Below are positions 11,374 to 25,044 of a stretch of DNA of 64,000 nt, in pieces. The DNA is from Azolla caroliniana. Taxonomy: Eukaryota > Plantae > Polypodiophyta. A program made the translations under genes and the position numbers. The stretch spans positions 15,128,001 to 15,192,000 of the forward strand of contig JBHGNT010000004.1 of NCBI GenBank assembly GCA_043228905.1, written 5' to 3'. Below the pieces are notes generated by a model, which was not told the origin of the DNA, did no database searches, and saw nothing but the letters and a program-made list of their open reading frames with translations. The stretch's first letter is position 1, and every line of letters begins with the position of its first letter.

Positions 11374-14165
11374 AGTTCACAAATTAGGTAATTATTCGTA
11401 TATGTGAACACATTGTTCACCTGAACATGACACCTCCTCTTGTAATGTGAACACGCCTCTTTCTTTTTAGGGTTAACTAATATAATAACCTTTTTTCTTG
11501 TGTACCAATCAAGGCGGTTGGGTACACCAAAAATCCATGTGTCTCTACTCTCATCTCTACTACAGTCTTGTTTGCTAAACATCATCCCTCAATAGCTGCG
11601 CCTTCATCAGAGCCAAATCTCTTTCCTCTGCTTGGTGTTTTTTTGAGATTAAGAATCAGCAGAAAACACTTCAGTTTTTCTTTCAATTCTTTCAGTCCCT
11701 TTCCTATTGGTATTCTACTCAATTTTTGAAGAAATTTGTCGTAAATCTTGGGAGCATTGGCCTCCATTTCAACTGAAGTGAAAAACCTCTTTGAAATCAA
11801 GAGATTTGAAGGAAAAGGTTTTGAATTGTGGAAAGAGCGTATGTTGGGCATCCTTTTTCTATGGTTATTGTGAAAGGTTGCAAAAAAGGCACTCTCTACT
11901 GTTTGCAATGTAAAGCTTTACCTGGAAGGTTTCTTGCTATTGCTGAATTTGATTCTCGTTTAGAGCTTTGGCATAAGAGATTAGGACATATGAGCCAAAA
12001 AAGACTTGAAGTCCTTTTTGCTCTAAAAAGATTTGACGTTAAAGGATCAAAGTTGGTTTTTTGTAATGATTGTCTATTTGGCAAACAAGTGAGGAATTCT
12101 TATTATTCTGGTGTCTCTCGTAAACCAAATGTGCTAGATTTGGTGCATTTTGATGTATGTAGCATGCCTGTAAAATCTTTGGGTGGTGCTGCATATTTTA
12201 TTTCCTTTATTGATGATTATTCTAGGAAGATTTGGGTGTACTTGATGAAAAAAAAAGGTGATGCATTTAAATCTTTTCATGCATTTGTGACTACCCAAAA
12301 AGGGACAAAACTGAAATGTCTTAGAACAGATAATGGGGGTGAGTTTACATATGCAGAATTTGAGTCCTTTTGTGACTTACATGGTATTAAAAGAGAGCTT
12401 ACAGCTCCATATAACCCTTCATCAAATGGGGTGGCAGAAAGGTATAATAGGACATTATGTGAGCGAATACGGTGCATGCTGTCCACAACTAATCTCCCTC
12501 ATGAATTTTGGGGAGAAGTATTAAAAACCGCGGTTCATATATGTAATTGCTCTCCTAACAAGTCCTTAAAGAATGGAATCCCTGAGGAGGTTTGGTCTAG
12601 CAAACTAGCCTCATATGACCATTTACAAATTTTCGGTTGTGATGCATTTGTACACATTAGAAGTGAGTTGAGAAACAAGCTAGATGCTAAGTCTACCATG
12701 GGCATTTTTATGGGCTATGGTGATGAAGGTGAAATGGGCTATAGGATTTGGTTACCTCAGTCCAAAAAAATTGTGCGCGGTCGGGATGTTGTTTTTAATG
12801 ACGAAAAATTGCAGAAAAATGCTTGTTCCTCTGTTGGGAACTCTAAGAGCGTTACATTTCAGCAATTACAACCATCCACAAAATCTGAAAATAAACCTCA
12901 TGATGCTATACTAAAGGTTGAATATGATGATCAACCGGTTATCCTTGAGCCAGAAGAAGTTGGATAGCAAAGAGATGCTCATGAAGGTGTTGGACAACGA
13001 GATGAAGGTACTGAACAACAAAATATAGATGTTGAACAACATGCTAGACATGGTTTGCAACAGCCAGAAAGTGCTGAAACTGATTTTCCTCCAGATTTAG
13101 AACCAATCCCAAAAAATACTGATCATTGGGTACATAGGTCTAATTGTTTAAGGAGGCAAGTATATAGATATGACCCCTCTTTGCATTATGTCATGTTGTT
13201 AGATGAGGGTGAACCTCTTACTTATAAGGAGGCAATGTCGTGTGAACTTAGTAGTAAGTGGGAGCTTGCAATGCAAGAAAAAATAAAATCTTTGTATGCA
13301 AATGATACGTGGGATCTTGTGTCCTTACTTGAAGGAAGGAAAGCTCTTCTGAATAAATGGGTTTATAAAGTGGAGAAAATTGAAGGGAAACCAAAATACA
13401 AGGCAAAATTAATTGCCAAGGGTTATACATAGAAGGAAGGTATTGACTTCCAAGAGGTCTTCTCATCTGTTGTGAAGATGACCACACTTCGTGTGCTATT
13501 TGCTCATTGCAATGCTTAATCTGGAGTTGTACCAAATGGATGTAAAGACTGCTTTTTTGCATGGTGATATTGATGAAGAGATCTACATGAAACAACCTGA
13601 GGGTTTTGTAGTCCCTAACAAGGAGCATTTGGTATGCAAACTAAAACATAGCCTGTATGGCCTAAAACAGGCACCACGACAATGGTATAAGAAATCGGTC
13701 TTCTCTATGAAAGATTTCGGAAATGCAGAGCATATTTTGGGCATGAGAATCAGTAGAAACAGAAAGGACAAATTGTTGTTTTTGTCACAAGAAAAGTACA
13801 TTGAAAAAGTGCTTAACAGATTTAATATGGTAGAAGCAAAGTTCCTTGGAGTTCCTTTGCCTTCATATCTTAAACTTAGCAAGGTTGATTGTCCAAAGGA
13901 TGAGATGGAAGTCAATGCTATGAAGGGAATTCCTTATGCATCAGCATGTGGTTCTCTAATGTATGCTATGGTAGCTACTCGTCCAGATATTGCTTATGTA
14001 GTGGGAGTTGTTAGTCGCTATATGTCTAATCCTGACAAATCACATTGGGAGGCTGTTAGTGTGTTTTCAGGTATCTTAAAGGTCCATAGAGAAAATGTTT
14101 ATGCTATGGGAAGGGTGCATTAAGTTTGCAGGGATATTGTGATGCGGACATGGCAGGTGACTTGA
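11374..14165 (+). mobile_element. Decayed Ty1/copia element D (LTR, partial PBS, deleted gag, integrase, RT)
   Basis: LTR end GCTGCGCCTTCA at 11606, followed by TCAGAGCC (PBS remnant). Integrase ORF 11828-12967 (WHKRLGHMS, RTDNGGEF). RT 13055-14123. Cut at the start of RNase H by a LINE. Left boundary approximate. Confidence 0.85.
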
Positions 14166-17100
14166 AAAAGGAGATAGAAAAACAAAAAACAGAGTTGTAT
14201 GCCTCTCTCAAGATAGAGTTATTAGAAGAAATGTTGAAAGACATAACAAGCCATGTCAAGAAATCAAACTAGAGCTTAAGGTTGACATGATGCAATACTT
14301 TAAGGATGAAATATCCTCAAATAAGGTTGAATTAATATCTATAAAAGCCAATTTAGAAAAAGGACAAGAAGTTGTGGAAAAATGCATCTCTACAGTTAAA
14401 GCCAATGTCACTAAGGAAATGCAAACATGGGCAAACATGGCCAAAGAAGCCAAAGCTCAGGCTGAGCATGCCCAAAAAGAAATTAAAGCAAATGCTCCTT
14501 GGATAGATGTAGTGAAAAAACAAAAAGGAACATCAATGAATAGGATGGAAATGATGAATGCTACAATAGAAGAAGAGGCCAAGAGGAAAGCTCGTGCGTT
14601 GCATGTATGAGTGGTTGGTTGGGCAAAAACCCACAAGAAGATGCCAAGAATCTCGGAACAAAGATTGGGGCATTAGATATTCCGTTTGCTTCAACATGGA
14701 GGGTGGGAAAAGATGAGTCTAGAGCTAAATCCCTTATTATACACTTCATGGATATTGACAAGAAAAAAGCTTTCCTATCTAAAAGAAGGGCACTCAAGGG
14801 TGAGAAAATATACTTAGATGATGATCTCACTCCAGCCCGAGTGACACACTGCAAAGAAAACATGCCACAAGTGCTTGATGCAAGAAAGGATGGCAAATGG
14901 GTTGTATATAAAGATGGTAAGGTCATTATTATAGAGGAGAGAACCGCATGACAATATATGGCCCATGAGACCCTACGCATGACTATATGGAATTGCAACG
15001 GATCTCTACGGACAGATGTCGGATATTTTGAAGATACCTTCAAAAACACAGATATTGCTATGTATATAGAGACCCACCAATGCATGGCTAGCAAACTCCT
15101 TGATGTACAAGGATATAGATGGGAGTCAATATGTCGTCCCCAAACTCGGACACTGGGAAGCACTAGAGGTTCGGGAGGAGTGGCTATGTTATACAAAAAG
15201 GGGCTCCATGATAGTGCATGTTGTACATAAGGACGTAGATGCACGTTACATGTGGATACGAATCAAAAGAGGGGATCTTAGGGAGCTATATATTGCAATT
15301 TGCTACTTTCCGCTTGCCTACTCAAGGTTTGCACCTGTCGGTGAATCACCATATCTACCATTATATGATTATATCGTGAGATTTGCTACTATGGGGGACA
15401 TAATACTATTAGGAGACTTTAATGCACTAACCAAGGATGAACAAACAACAATGTTTGATGCCAACGAGGCTGTTTATGGAGAAGTTATGGCAGAGAGGTT
15501 GGTCTAAAGCGACAAGCTCAAGATATGAGTGCTATAACTGAATATGGCAAACATTCTATAGCCTTGGGAAGTGCGCATGGATTTGTGATATATAATGGAT
15601 TGTCATAGTGGCCTGGATCAAATGCTTTAACATGGTTGAACCCAAAATGAGGTGCAAGCACAATCGATTATCGAATGGGATCTCCATCTCTCATACCTGA
15701 AATAAAAGAGTTCACTATATCTAGTAGACCTATTGGCTTGGTAGCAAATCATGCATATCTACGCTTTGAGATAAAGGATGAATGAGCAAGGGATGTATAT
15801 GCTAAGGAGACTGGGCTGGGTAGTATCAATTTACTCGCGAGACAATTGATGTGTATAGTTGTGGAGTATACAATGGCATGCTATATTTGGATCCTTTCGC
15901 ACCCCTTGATGAACTTACCCAAGGAATGTCAAAATCATTGCTTAAAGCAGCCACAAACGGCTTTCCTCACACAATGACCAATCCCCCCAAACTTGGTAGA
16001 GTAATACAAAATAGTTTGTATGATGAGGAATTTCGTGATACAAGGAGATTCTTGTAGCGTGAAGTAACTCGGGGCACTTATACACACAGACAAGCGAGAG
16101 CAACCTTTCAACTCCTCGTAAGGAAGAAGAAGAGATTGTTATTTAGCTAGATTTTAAGATCATTTGTATCACTTGTTTCTAGGACAAGAAAGTAAAAGAG
16201 CATGGAAAATGTTTAATGAGAGGCAACCTACCACACTAGTGACCTCACCTCAGGTGTGGCATGAATATGCAAAGGTCTTATATAATATCCTAGGGCAACC
16301 TCCTTTTCCCCAACCACATGGTTCATGCCCACATGAATCCACCTTTTTTACTCCGCAAAAAGTAAGAAATGCCATTGATCGGTTACATAATGACCCTCCG
16401 AACCCTTATCAAGGAGGGCAGAGCCCATAATAAGTGGATTTATTCCTGCATTGTGGATTACCAAAAAGCCTTTGACACTGTGCCATGTGCTCGGCTTATG
16501 CAACGGCTAGAAGCTCTTGGTGTTCCTACAGATATGCAATGGGGAATCTATGCACTCTATGAATTTGTGTCAGGAAAAGTGCGGTCTCCCAAGGGTTTGT
16601 CAAAGGCGGTGGCCAGCAGAATCGGTGTGAAGGCAGGGTGCCCACTATCACCCACTCTCTTCAGTCTCTATATAGATGAGGTATCACATTACATAAAGAG
16701 ATTCGGGGGTTCGGGAGCATGCCTAGCAGGTATAGCTATACAAATATTACTATATGCTGATGATATTGTGCTGATTTCTAACTCTCCAGAGGGACCACAA
16801 AGACATCGCAATGCCTTAAAACTATTTTATATTGACAAAGGTCTGTCAATAAACATGGATAAAACTAAAGTGATGGTGTTCAACACCACTCAAGCATGGG
16901 TAATTAGATTAGAACTGGAATTCTTATTAGGAGAGGAAAAGGTGGAATACACATGCTCCTACACATACCTAGGAGTAACGTTTACAGGGCCTAGGATCTC
17001 CGTACAAGAGGCTGCTTGTGCTTGACTTTCTTGTGGATATGCAGCCCTTGGTGCTCTCGAGAGACAATGTGCACATTTGCAATTCCAAGAGCCACGAACT

Positions 17101-17200
17101 ATGTTGTGGTTATTTGATACACGTGCCACACCAACTCTTCTCTATGGAGTAGAAACGTGGGGATTGAGTCTTAACAAGGAGACTCATTGAAAAGATTTAG
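14166..17200 (+). mobile_element. Decayed LINE (RTE/RTEX-like): ORF1 fragment plus ORF2 (AP endonuclease and RT)
   Basis: ORF1 is coiled-coil with KIYLDDDLTP (14287-14951). ORF2 starts at 14958 with IWNCNG...IETH, then LLGDFNA, VDYQKAFD, GVKAGCPLSPTLF and LLYADD. Confidence 0.88.
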
Positions 17201-18230
17201 AAAGAAAGAAAGAAAGAAAGATATATTAACGTCTTTTAAGAGGCCAAAATGGCCTATAAGACCGAATAAGAGATTACATCTTAAATGTTTTCTCGTCTTT
17301 GAGAACAAATCAAAATAAAGTAAATATTACACAATAAATATAAAAGTAAATAAGATGAAGAGAAAAGAGACGAGAGAATCTGGTTTTTGGCACATGCGAG
17401 ATTCTCAAGTTAGGTGTATTGTAGCCTTTGTCTCCGAAAGATCTCTATCATAGGTCGATCTAGAATGGAAATGTCTCCAAAGTGAGGGAAGCACCTACGA
17501 TGGCGGGAGATAATGGCTTTTATTTGTCGATGACAAGGGTGTCGGGGTCGTGGTCCATGGGGCCGGGGCCTACGTGCACGGCAAATTGCCATTGCCCGAT
17601 CAATCGTAACCCCTTTGTTATATCCTGGTCTGGATCCCATTTCTGTATCCTGGGGTTGATTTCTAGCATTAGGAGTGATGGAGCTAAAGAAAGTTGTGAT
17701 TGTTCTTTGTGGATGAGCTTGTGTGGCTGTATTCTTCAACAACTTTTCCCGATGTCTCTTGAGCTCGAGCAAGAAAAGTCCTAGGCATCTTTGGTCCTCA
17801 TATTCCATTACCTTGCGTAGTGGGCCAAAGCCTTGTTTAAAGAGGCAATGGTATCTCCCTCTGATTTCATAAAAGACACTACAATGACAAACATAGTGTT
17901 CTTCAGATTCCACTCCTTGATGACACAATTGGCAAATTCTCTCTTCTAGAGGTAGTCGTGTATATCTGCCCACCTCAATCTGTAGCTGATGTGATGAGGT
18001 TCGCAGCTGCCCTATCACACTACGCAACGCATAGGATAGATGTATGTCCATATAAGGTGGCCTGATGACAAATCCATCCTCTGATGTATGTAAGAAGTGT
18101 GTCTTATAGTGGGCCATCTTTGTACCAAGTGCTATTTTGGGGCTGATCCATGTTATCTTGTTTTCTAAGTTAATAATATCAGTTCGGATCACTCTATTCT
18201 TTTCCACTTTGGTCATATTGAGATGGGGAC
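17201..18230 (-). mobile_element. 5'-truncated LINE 3' end with (TTTC)n tail
   Basis: ORF 17410-18216 with LRTSSHQLQIEVGRY...RICQLC...ESEEHYVCHC (C-terminal zinc finger). 3' UTR stem-loop, then microsatellite tail at 17201-17220. Confidence 0.85.
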
Positions 18231-18239
18231 AGTCATATT

Positions 18240-19400
18240 AAAAGATGTTAACATTGTTCTATTGGTTCATCTCTTCCATGAGTAGAGAACTCTCTATATC
18301 AGCATACAAAAGCTTAGCATTTGAATTGCAAAGTGCAAAGTGCAAAACAAAAAGGTAGCCTTAAACTCATCATCAATGAAGAACTTCAAGAAAACGAGGC
18401 AGTAAACTCACTCAAATGAGTTGACATGGATGTGGCCTCTCCCATGCGCAAATCCATAAGCTTTTTCAGCCAATAAACTTTGCTAACTGCATTCTTTTGG
18501 GCATACCATTCTTGGAGTCTTCTCCAGATTGCATAGGTAGAGTCCAAACCTTCAATGTTGAAACAAGGCATCAAAGGCTGATAGTTCAATGGTCGAGCGT
18601 CCTAGTCATCCTGCCATATTTGTAGGCTTTACCTTTACCCTGTTAACCTTGATTGGCTTTGCCTGGTTCTTCTACAACAGGATATTGGAGATTGCTTTTG
18701 TTGTACAGCAAAATTGTGTGCACCCTCAAGCTTCTTGATGTCGATGAGATTGCTGCTATCTCTGCTGCCAGCCATATTTTTTGGCCAAAGGAAAATGACC
18801 GAAAAATTTAGTAAATCTAGGCCCAAACCCCATGAACTCTTGTGGAGGGATTTGCTTGCAAAGAACCTACATGGAAAAACGTGATGAACGGCAGCATGCA
18901 GCCCATCTCCTGCGTCTGCTGATAGGGAGTGAGCTGCGGTAATGGTTGCCTTCTTTGAAAATGTGACCTACCACGTTGACTGTCTCTTGCATTAAAGATG
19001 TGACCGTTTGTGCTGACTGTCACCTGCGCTGAGAATGTGGCCTGTCATGCTGACTGTCACCTTCACTGAAAATGTGCCTTGACACCTGCTATGAATATGT
19101 GACCTATAACGCTGACTGTTGCTTGCACTAAAAATGTGACGTATTGCAGTGGCTGTAATCTGCTCTGATACCAGTTTGATAGGGGAACTGAGAGCAGATC
19201 AGGGCACTGCTGTTCTACTCACCCAGAGAGACAATGCAGATGTAAAAGCAGAAGCAGAGATAGAGAGATGCACAATCTTGTTTTTCGGGGTGTAACCCAT
19301 TTAGGTGTTTATATATATATATATATATATAGCGCTATGGGTATGCTCACACCCATGCACTAATAAAAGGAACATGTAATGGGCAAATTGCGTGTCCAAG
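18240..19400 (-). mobile_element. Truncated copia 5' end (relative of element C): LTR, PBS, repeat-containing leader, gag fragment
   Basis: PBS TGGTATCAGAGC at 19162-19173 on minus. LTR from 19177 resembles the C LTR (CCTTTTATTAGTGCATG). gag motif SKVYWLKKLMDLRM is shared with C. ~36-bp leader repeats at 18955-19145. Confidence 0.82.
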
Positions 19401-19439
19401 TTCCCTTTTCAAATTGTGCATGTGTAAGACAAGGAATGT

Positions 19440-20030
19440 GTCAATGCATTGTCATAAAAACGACGAGTTTTAAGATTTGTGTATTGCATACCATCATATG
19501 GATGAAGATTGTGTTGAGGCTGATGATTTCATAAGGATATATAATCAGGTAGCTAATGGGCAATATCATGAGCACTATAATCTCAGAGATGGGTTTCTTA
19601 TAAAAGATGAAAAGGTATGTATCAGAAAGCAATTAATGCCTAAAACTTTATTTGAAACTCATGGTCCACCATATGTGGGCATTGCAGGCTTGATGCACAG
19701 TTAAATTAGTTGAGACTTTTTATATTGTCTTGCTTTGCAACAAGATGTTGAAACATTCCTATGAGTATGCATAAATTGTCAAAAAGTTGAATTTGATAGG
19801 CAAAAGGTAGTGAGGTGGTTTTAGTCTTTGCCAAACCCAGATACGTTGTAAAGTATAGGTCTGGATATATTTATATGATACTCAAAGATTACAAACAGGA
19901 AATGATGGGATATGGATTATAATATTTATATTCAGGAAGCAAGCCCATTTTATTCTGGTTAGGAAGAAAATAAGCTGGAACACAGTCAAATATTTAGGCA
20001 TAATATCTTTGTATGTCATGATTTCCTTAA
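19440..20030 (+). pseudogene. Old Ty3/gypsy integrase N-terminal relic
   Basis: YNLRDGFLIKDEKVCI...FETHGPPYVG, followed by degenerate CINCQK and integrase-like sequence with many stops. Confidence 0.6.
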
Positions 20031-21327
20031 ATGGTCGTTCCAATGAATATCTAGTTTGCTGCTTCCATAAATTCATTCTTGTGTTTTCCTTATTTCATCT
20101 CTCCACACTTGACATTGTCTATGTTTGAAACAGATGATACTTTTCTATTTGCTGATCAGTTTGTGATACATATTTATGTTGGAAAAGAAAACTGGAAGCT
20201 GTTAAATGGATTTCCTGCGACTATAGCACATTCCTTTTCCCTGATCTAAATTTTTTGCTTTGAATTGGAAGATATTTTCCTATGCACTTGTCACATGTTG
20301 TAAGGAAATAGAAGATAGAATGACAGTTTTCTGAAATATCTGAAGGCAGAGATATAGAAACTAAAAACAGTTATGGGGTTTAACACCTAGGAGGGATTAA
20401 AGAAGTAGAAGTAGTTGGGCAAAACAAAAGCCTACTACATAAAAGAATATACAAGGTAAGAGTGCACACACACACACATGCGCTATCCAAGATACATAGA
20501 ATATGCTCTTAGAAGAAGAGCGTCAAATGTTGATGTGACAGCTAAGTCATGGCCTCAGTGGAACCTTGTACAAAGATCCTATTCAAACTACAAAATAATC
20601 TTTTAAAGGTTGTAGGATAGCTCTGAAAACGAGACCGTAACACTTTAACAAAAATTAGAAAAACATTAAATAATATAAACTCGTTTTTCTAGTTTAATTA
20701 GAGAAACCTAAAGGGCTTTTAATCCCAACAACATTGCTGGTTAGTTATGAGATTGTTGGTTAGTCAATAGGCAATATGGAGCACGTTTATCATGAAAACT
20801 AATATTAAAGGCCCACATTCTGCATACCCAAGCCTAGTGAAAACCATAGACAATGGAAAGGGATGATTCTAAATTGTTAGGAACACTCTGCTTATAATTT
20901 AATTAACTTAAATTACACAGTTAAATTACTTGGAAACTAGCTCTAGTTGCTTTAGCAGATTTAAAGGGGAAGAGTGACGTATTTACTCAAGGACCCTTGT
21001 AGATCTTGAATATTGTTCATCTTATGGACATATATATGCATTCATCTGATATAATGAAATATTGAAGAATTTACATGAATAAATCAAAATGTCTTTAGAT
21101 AATTTGAGGAGTGTCTTTACCAGATGATTTTTTTTTCCCAAATGATTGCACAAAAAGATTTCAAAGAAATAAGTTCATTAAGTCACAATTTTGATATGAA
21201 TTTTTTGGAGACTCAAGAAGTCATATCATCCAACAGAGTTTTAAATTCAAAGTTTTGGCCGTTTAAATTGAAGATCTTTGTTTCTTCGTATTGTGTGTTC
21301 AACCTCTGAGTTTGTGGTGTTGTGAAG

Positions 21328-22837
21328 GTATATATAGACATATTGGTGAGAAATGTAAAGAAGAGGTTCTAAAACTTGATAACGATCGAACTGGGAAGTT
21401 CGATAAAGGTCGGGAACAAAGAAGGAAATCCGAGAGAAGCAGGGAGGACCACAGGTCAGACGGAAAAAGGGAGGTATCAAACAGCTGGAAAGATGATTTC
21501 ACAGATATTAGACATGAAGAAGGCATTTATCGAGACATAAAAGAGAAGGAGAATAGGGCAGGAGAAGGCAGACAGAAAGACAACAGACCAAAAGAGAGTA
21601 GGTACAAAGATGAGAGAGAGAAAGAGTATCGGCTTAAAAACCAAGGAGATACTGCTGATGAGGAAAATATCAAGGTTGAGACTGGTACAAAAAAGGAGTA
21701 TCCAAACCGGTATAGGGAAGATAAGGCCACTGTACAGGATCCTCAGGATGATAAATTTAAGAGAGGGAGAGATCAGCATGTGAAGGAGGATAGATCAAGA
21801 CTAAAGGAAAAAACTAGGCCCAAGGCAGATGCTGACAAAGAGAGAAATGAAAAGTATAGAGAGGATGGTTTACCAAATATGAAAAATAAACCGGAAAAAC
21901 AGAGCAATTCTGGAAAGAATAGAGAAGATTCACGAACAGATCACATAGTAGATTCCAAGGGAAAGTATGAAAAAAAAATCACGGAAAGAGAACAAGATTA
22001 TAATGCTAGGCCTGCTAAATCTCATACTGATAAAGTAAGGCTCGAGCAACAACAGGATGGCAGGGATATGGATATGAAGGAAAATAATGATAAAAAAAAG
22101 GAAACTTATGAGAGAAACGGCAGGCATAAGGAAAATCCAAGCAAGGATGAAAAGTTTAATGCAATGAGTGAGAAAGATGGCAAGTTCAGGGATGATCGAA
22201 TGATGAGTGAGAGAGATAGGAGAGAAAAAACCAAGGATGATGTGGACAGATATAGCAAACATAAGGGTGATTGCAAGGAGAGGAGATGGGGAAATGCTCC
22301 TGAAGAGGAATGGTCTAAAGATGGCAAGGACAGTATAGATGTACAAAAGCATTCTAGAGAGGTAGATGAGAGACAGAGACATGTAATTACTGATGGAAAA
22401 CATAAAACAGAGAGAGGGAAGAGTGATAGAAGGTACAGTGATAAAAACAAGGAAAAAAGACAAGAAGACATGCTTACATTAGACAAATTGGGCAGTGTGA
22501 AAGAGACTATTAGAGAGGTTAGTGTGGCAGACAAGGATGATAAACACATCAATATAGGGAGAGATCATTATGAGCAAATAAGCAAACAATACAAGGAATT
22601 TGATGGGCAACCAGAGCTTAAAGCCAGTCATGAGGCAGAAGGAAGGGACAATAAGAATCATGGAACAATAAGAGGTGATCGTTCATCTCTGAAATCTTCT
22701 AAATCCAGTTTTCAAGATGATGATAAGATGCTTTCTGTCACTTCGTTAAAAGATACAAATAGTTCTGATAATAAATCTAAGAGGAATCGAGATTTGGATG
22801 TTTTCGATACTGCTATTGTGGATAGAGACCATGCCAG
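21328..22837 (+). CDS. Host gene exon: long charged R/D/E/K-rich region of a HIZ2/At5g53440-like protein (putative ZC3H13-equivalent m6A writer subunit)
   Basis: Open 1.5-kb frame (ORF 21291-22841). Probable acceptor TGTGAAG| at 21327 and donor CAG|GTAAG at 22837. Start codon not found in this exon. Confidence 0.75.
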
Positions 22838-22974
22838 GTAAGTGGGGTTTTAAAGATTTATATTCTGTTTCATGATGTAAGACCTATTTTTTTCACTGTT
22901 ACTGATTAATGTATCTTTATGGTTGTCAAATTTCATTAATACACTGATATGGTGGATTTTTGTGTGCTGTGTAG

Positions 22975-24493
22975 AACCCGAGGTAAACCTGTTGAAGACG
23001 TAAGTGACTCATTGCATGAGAAACCTAGTCGTAGAAGCAAGTTTGAGACAAGTGTAAGTATGAGCAGCAGCAGTGGCCCTCGGCGTCCAAGAGAGCAAAA
23101 TTGGCATACGATAGATCAAGCAGATCAAGGTAAAATATACCATGGGTTTGATGAAGAGGTGAGAAGCTGGGATCCCAAAACATCATTAAATCAAGATTCA
23201 GATGATGAGAGGCGACGCCCATTTATCAATGAAAGGAGTCGAGATTCCCGACTCTCTATATCACCCAGACGTGGAAATGAGGACTTTGTCAAGGGTCCAT
23301 CAGATTCTTTGCTTTCTAAAGATGGCACCCTGTTGAAAAGGAAACAAATTTTTTTGCAAGGTTCTGGGCCAACGAAATCTCGAAGGTTGGACGAAGTGTC
23401 AAATGACAGACACACACAATCAAATATAATACAAGGAGATGGGTCAATTGGTAGACATGTGCTACAAAGTCGGCTAGGAGGGTCATCTGCATTACTCCCT
23501 CCACCCCCTCCATATCGACCAGGTGTGGATAATCCAGCAGTAATGGGTGGCACATCCAATTTTGGAGAAGATTTGAAGCTGAGAGATACAGATAGTGGAA
23601 GATATGATAGGAAGGGAGGAGCTCATATGAGAAGATCTGAGATGGTAGGACCCGTGGGTGATGCATGGACAGGTTTTGGCATGGGCAGTTGGAATGCTCA
23701 TAACCAAGGTCCTGCTAATATGTTCAATTCATTTCCTCAGATGGGTTCTGTAGGATTTCCTCTAACGGGTCAACAATTTCATGTACCACAAATATTTGGA
23801 CCTAGGCCTTCTGCAGCTGACATGGGGTTTGGAGGAACTCGCTTTCATATAAATGATAGTGGTGGTTCTTTCTCTGGACATGGGTCTAACAATGGTCCAG
23901 TGATGGGATGGCATAGATTTCCAGATGGAAATGAGAGTCACCGCCCTCTTTCAGGTTTCATGGATACATCATGGGAAGGTCAGAGTCGTTATCCTGACGA
24001 ACGTCAGAGATTCTCACATCCTGAATGGCATCAATTCTCTCAAGGTTTAACTAGAGGATGGGAAGAAGCAGTCTCTGAACCATGGCAAGGTCAAAATGCT
24101 GATGCTAAGTTTGATTCAAACCAAACTCATACAAACCGAGAATGTCTATCCCATGTGAAGAATAGGGATGAACCGGGTAGTATTCTTGGTCTAGATTCTG
24201 AGATGACTCTAGTAATGGATGACCGAGCTTCACAAGAAATATCTGAAGTCTCTCCTGCGCATACATCCGATCTTTTTGGAAAAGCATCATTGAAAAGTAG
24301 CACTAAACGTAGCAAAACAAGGTTGCAAATGATGTTTCTTCATGCTGGTGTATCGGCTGAAGTGGCAGGTGTTGATTTGTATGAAGAGTACCTCACTTTT
24401 CTTTCCCCATCAGAAGCTAAGAGAAAGGAGGTTAATGATCACGACAGCATGGTTGTATCCACTACCTTCTTAGATGAAGATCTGGAGTTCGAG
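22975..24493 (+). CDS. Host gene exon, HIZ2/At5g53440-like
   Basis: Acceptor GTGTAG| at 22974 keeps the frame (A-R-T-R); donor GAG|GTAAAG at 24493. Motifs LPPPPPYRPGVDNP, IFGPRPS, FSGH...MGW, EW...RGWE and GVSAEVAGVDLY recall the At5g53440 family (from memory, not searched). Confidence 0.78.
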
Positions 24494-24567
24494 GTAAAGG
24501 GTACTATAGACTGTTCCAATTAAAAAGCTAAAAAGACCACTGGTGATGTTGTTTATCCTTTTGATAG

Positions 24568-24651
24568 GTTGATCCTGAAGCTCAGGAGCTGCTTTCAGCA
24601 CCGGATCCTCTTGCAACAGTCCTGTCATGTCTACCAGATGATGTCTATAAG
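24568..24651 (+). CDS. Host gene small exon (VDPEAQ...LPDDVYK)
   Basis: TTGATAG| acceptor and AAG|GTTTG donor; 84 bp, in frame. Confidence 0.7.
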
Positions 24652-25044
24652 GTTTGTATTCAGGTGTGATTCAGGTCCTGTCATGCTACTAATCTACACT
24701 TGTACTTTCTCACCTCTTAAACATATGGTGGAGGATTATAAACAACCACCTAATGGAGGGACTGGCTTCTTAAAAGCATGTCTTCTTGGGGTTTGCACCT
24801 AGAACCTCATAATGCTTCGTCATTTCACATAAGAATAAGCTACCAGTGATTTATGTTAAGTTTGCTACTTCATTGTACTAGGGAAGCATGCCCCTAATCA
24901 GTGTACATATTCTTCATTGTATATTATCATAGTATATCCATATGAGTCTAGGCACACATGTCATGATAGAAACCTGCTATCTCTATGGATGAACTCTTTC
25001 ATGCAGGGTCTCACGCATCATTTTTTTTTTTCTAACTTCTGTAG

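Noticed and set aside
21299-22661. Hydrophobic Leu/Ser/Phe-rich minus-strand ORFs
   Set aside because: Antisense artefacts of the purine-rich charged exon.
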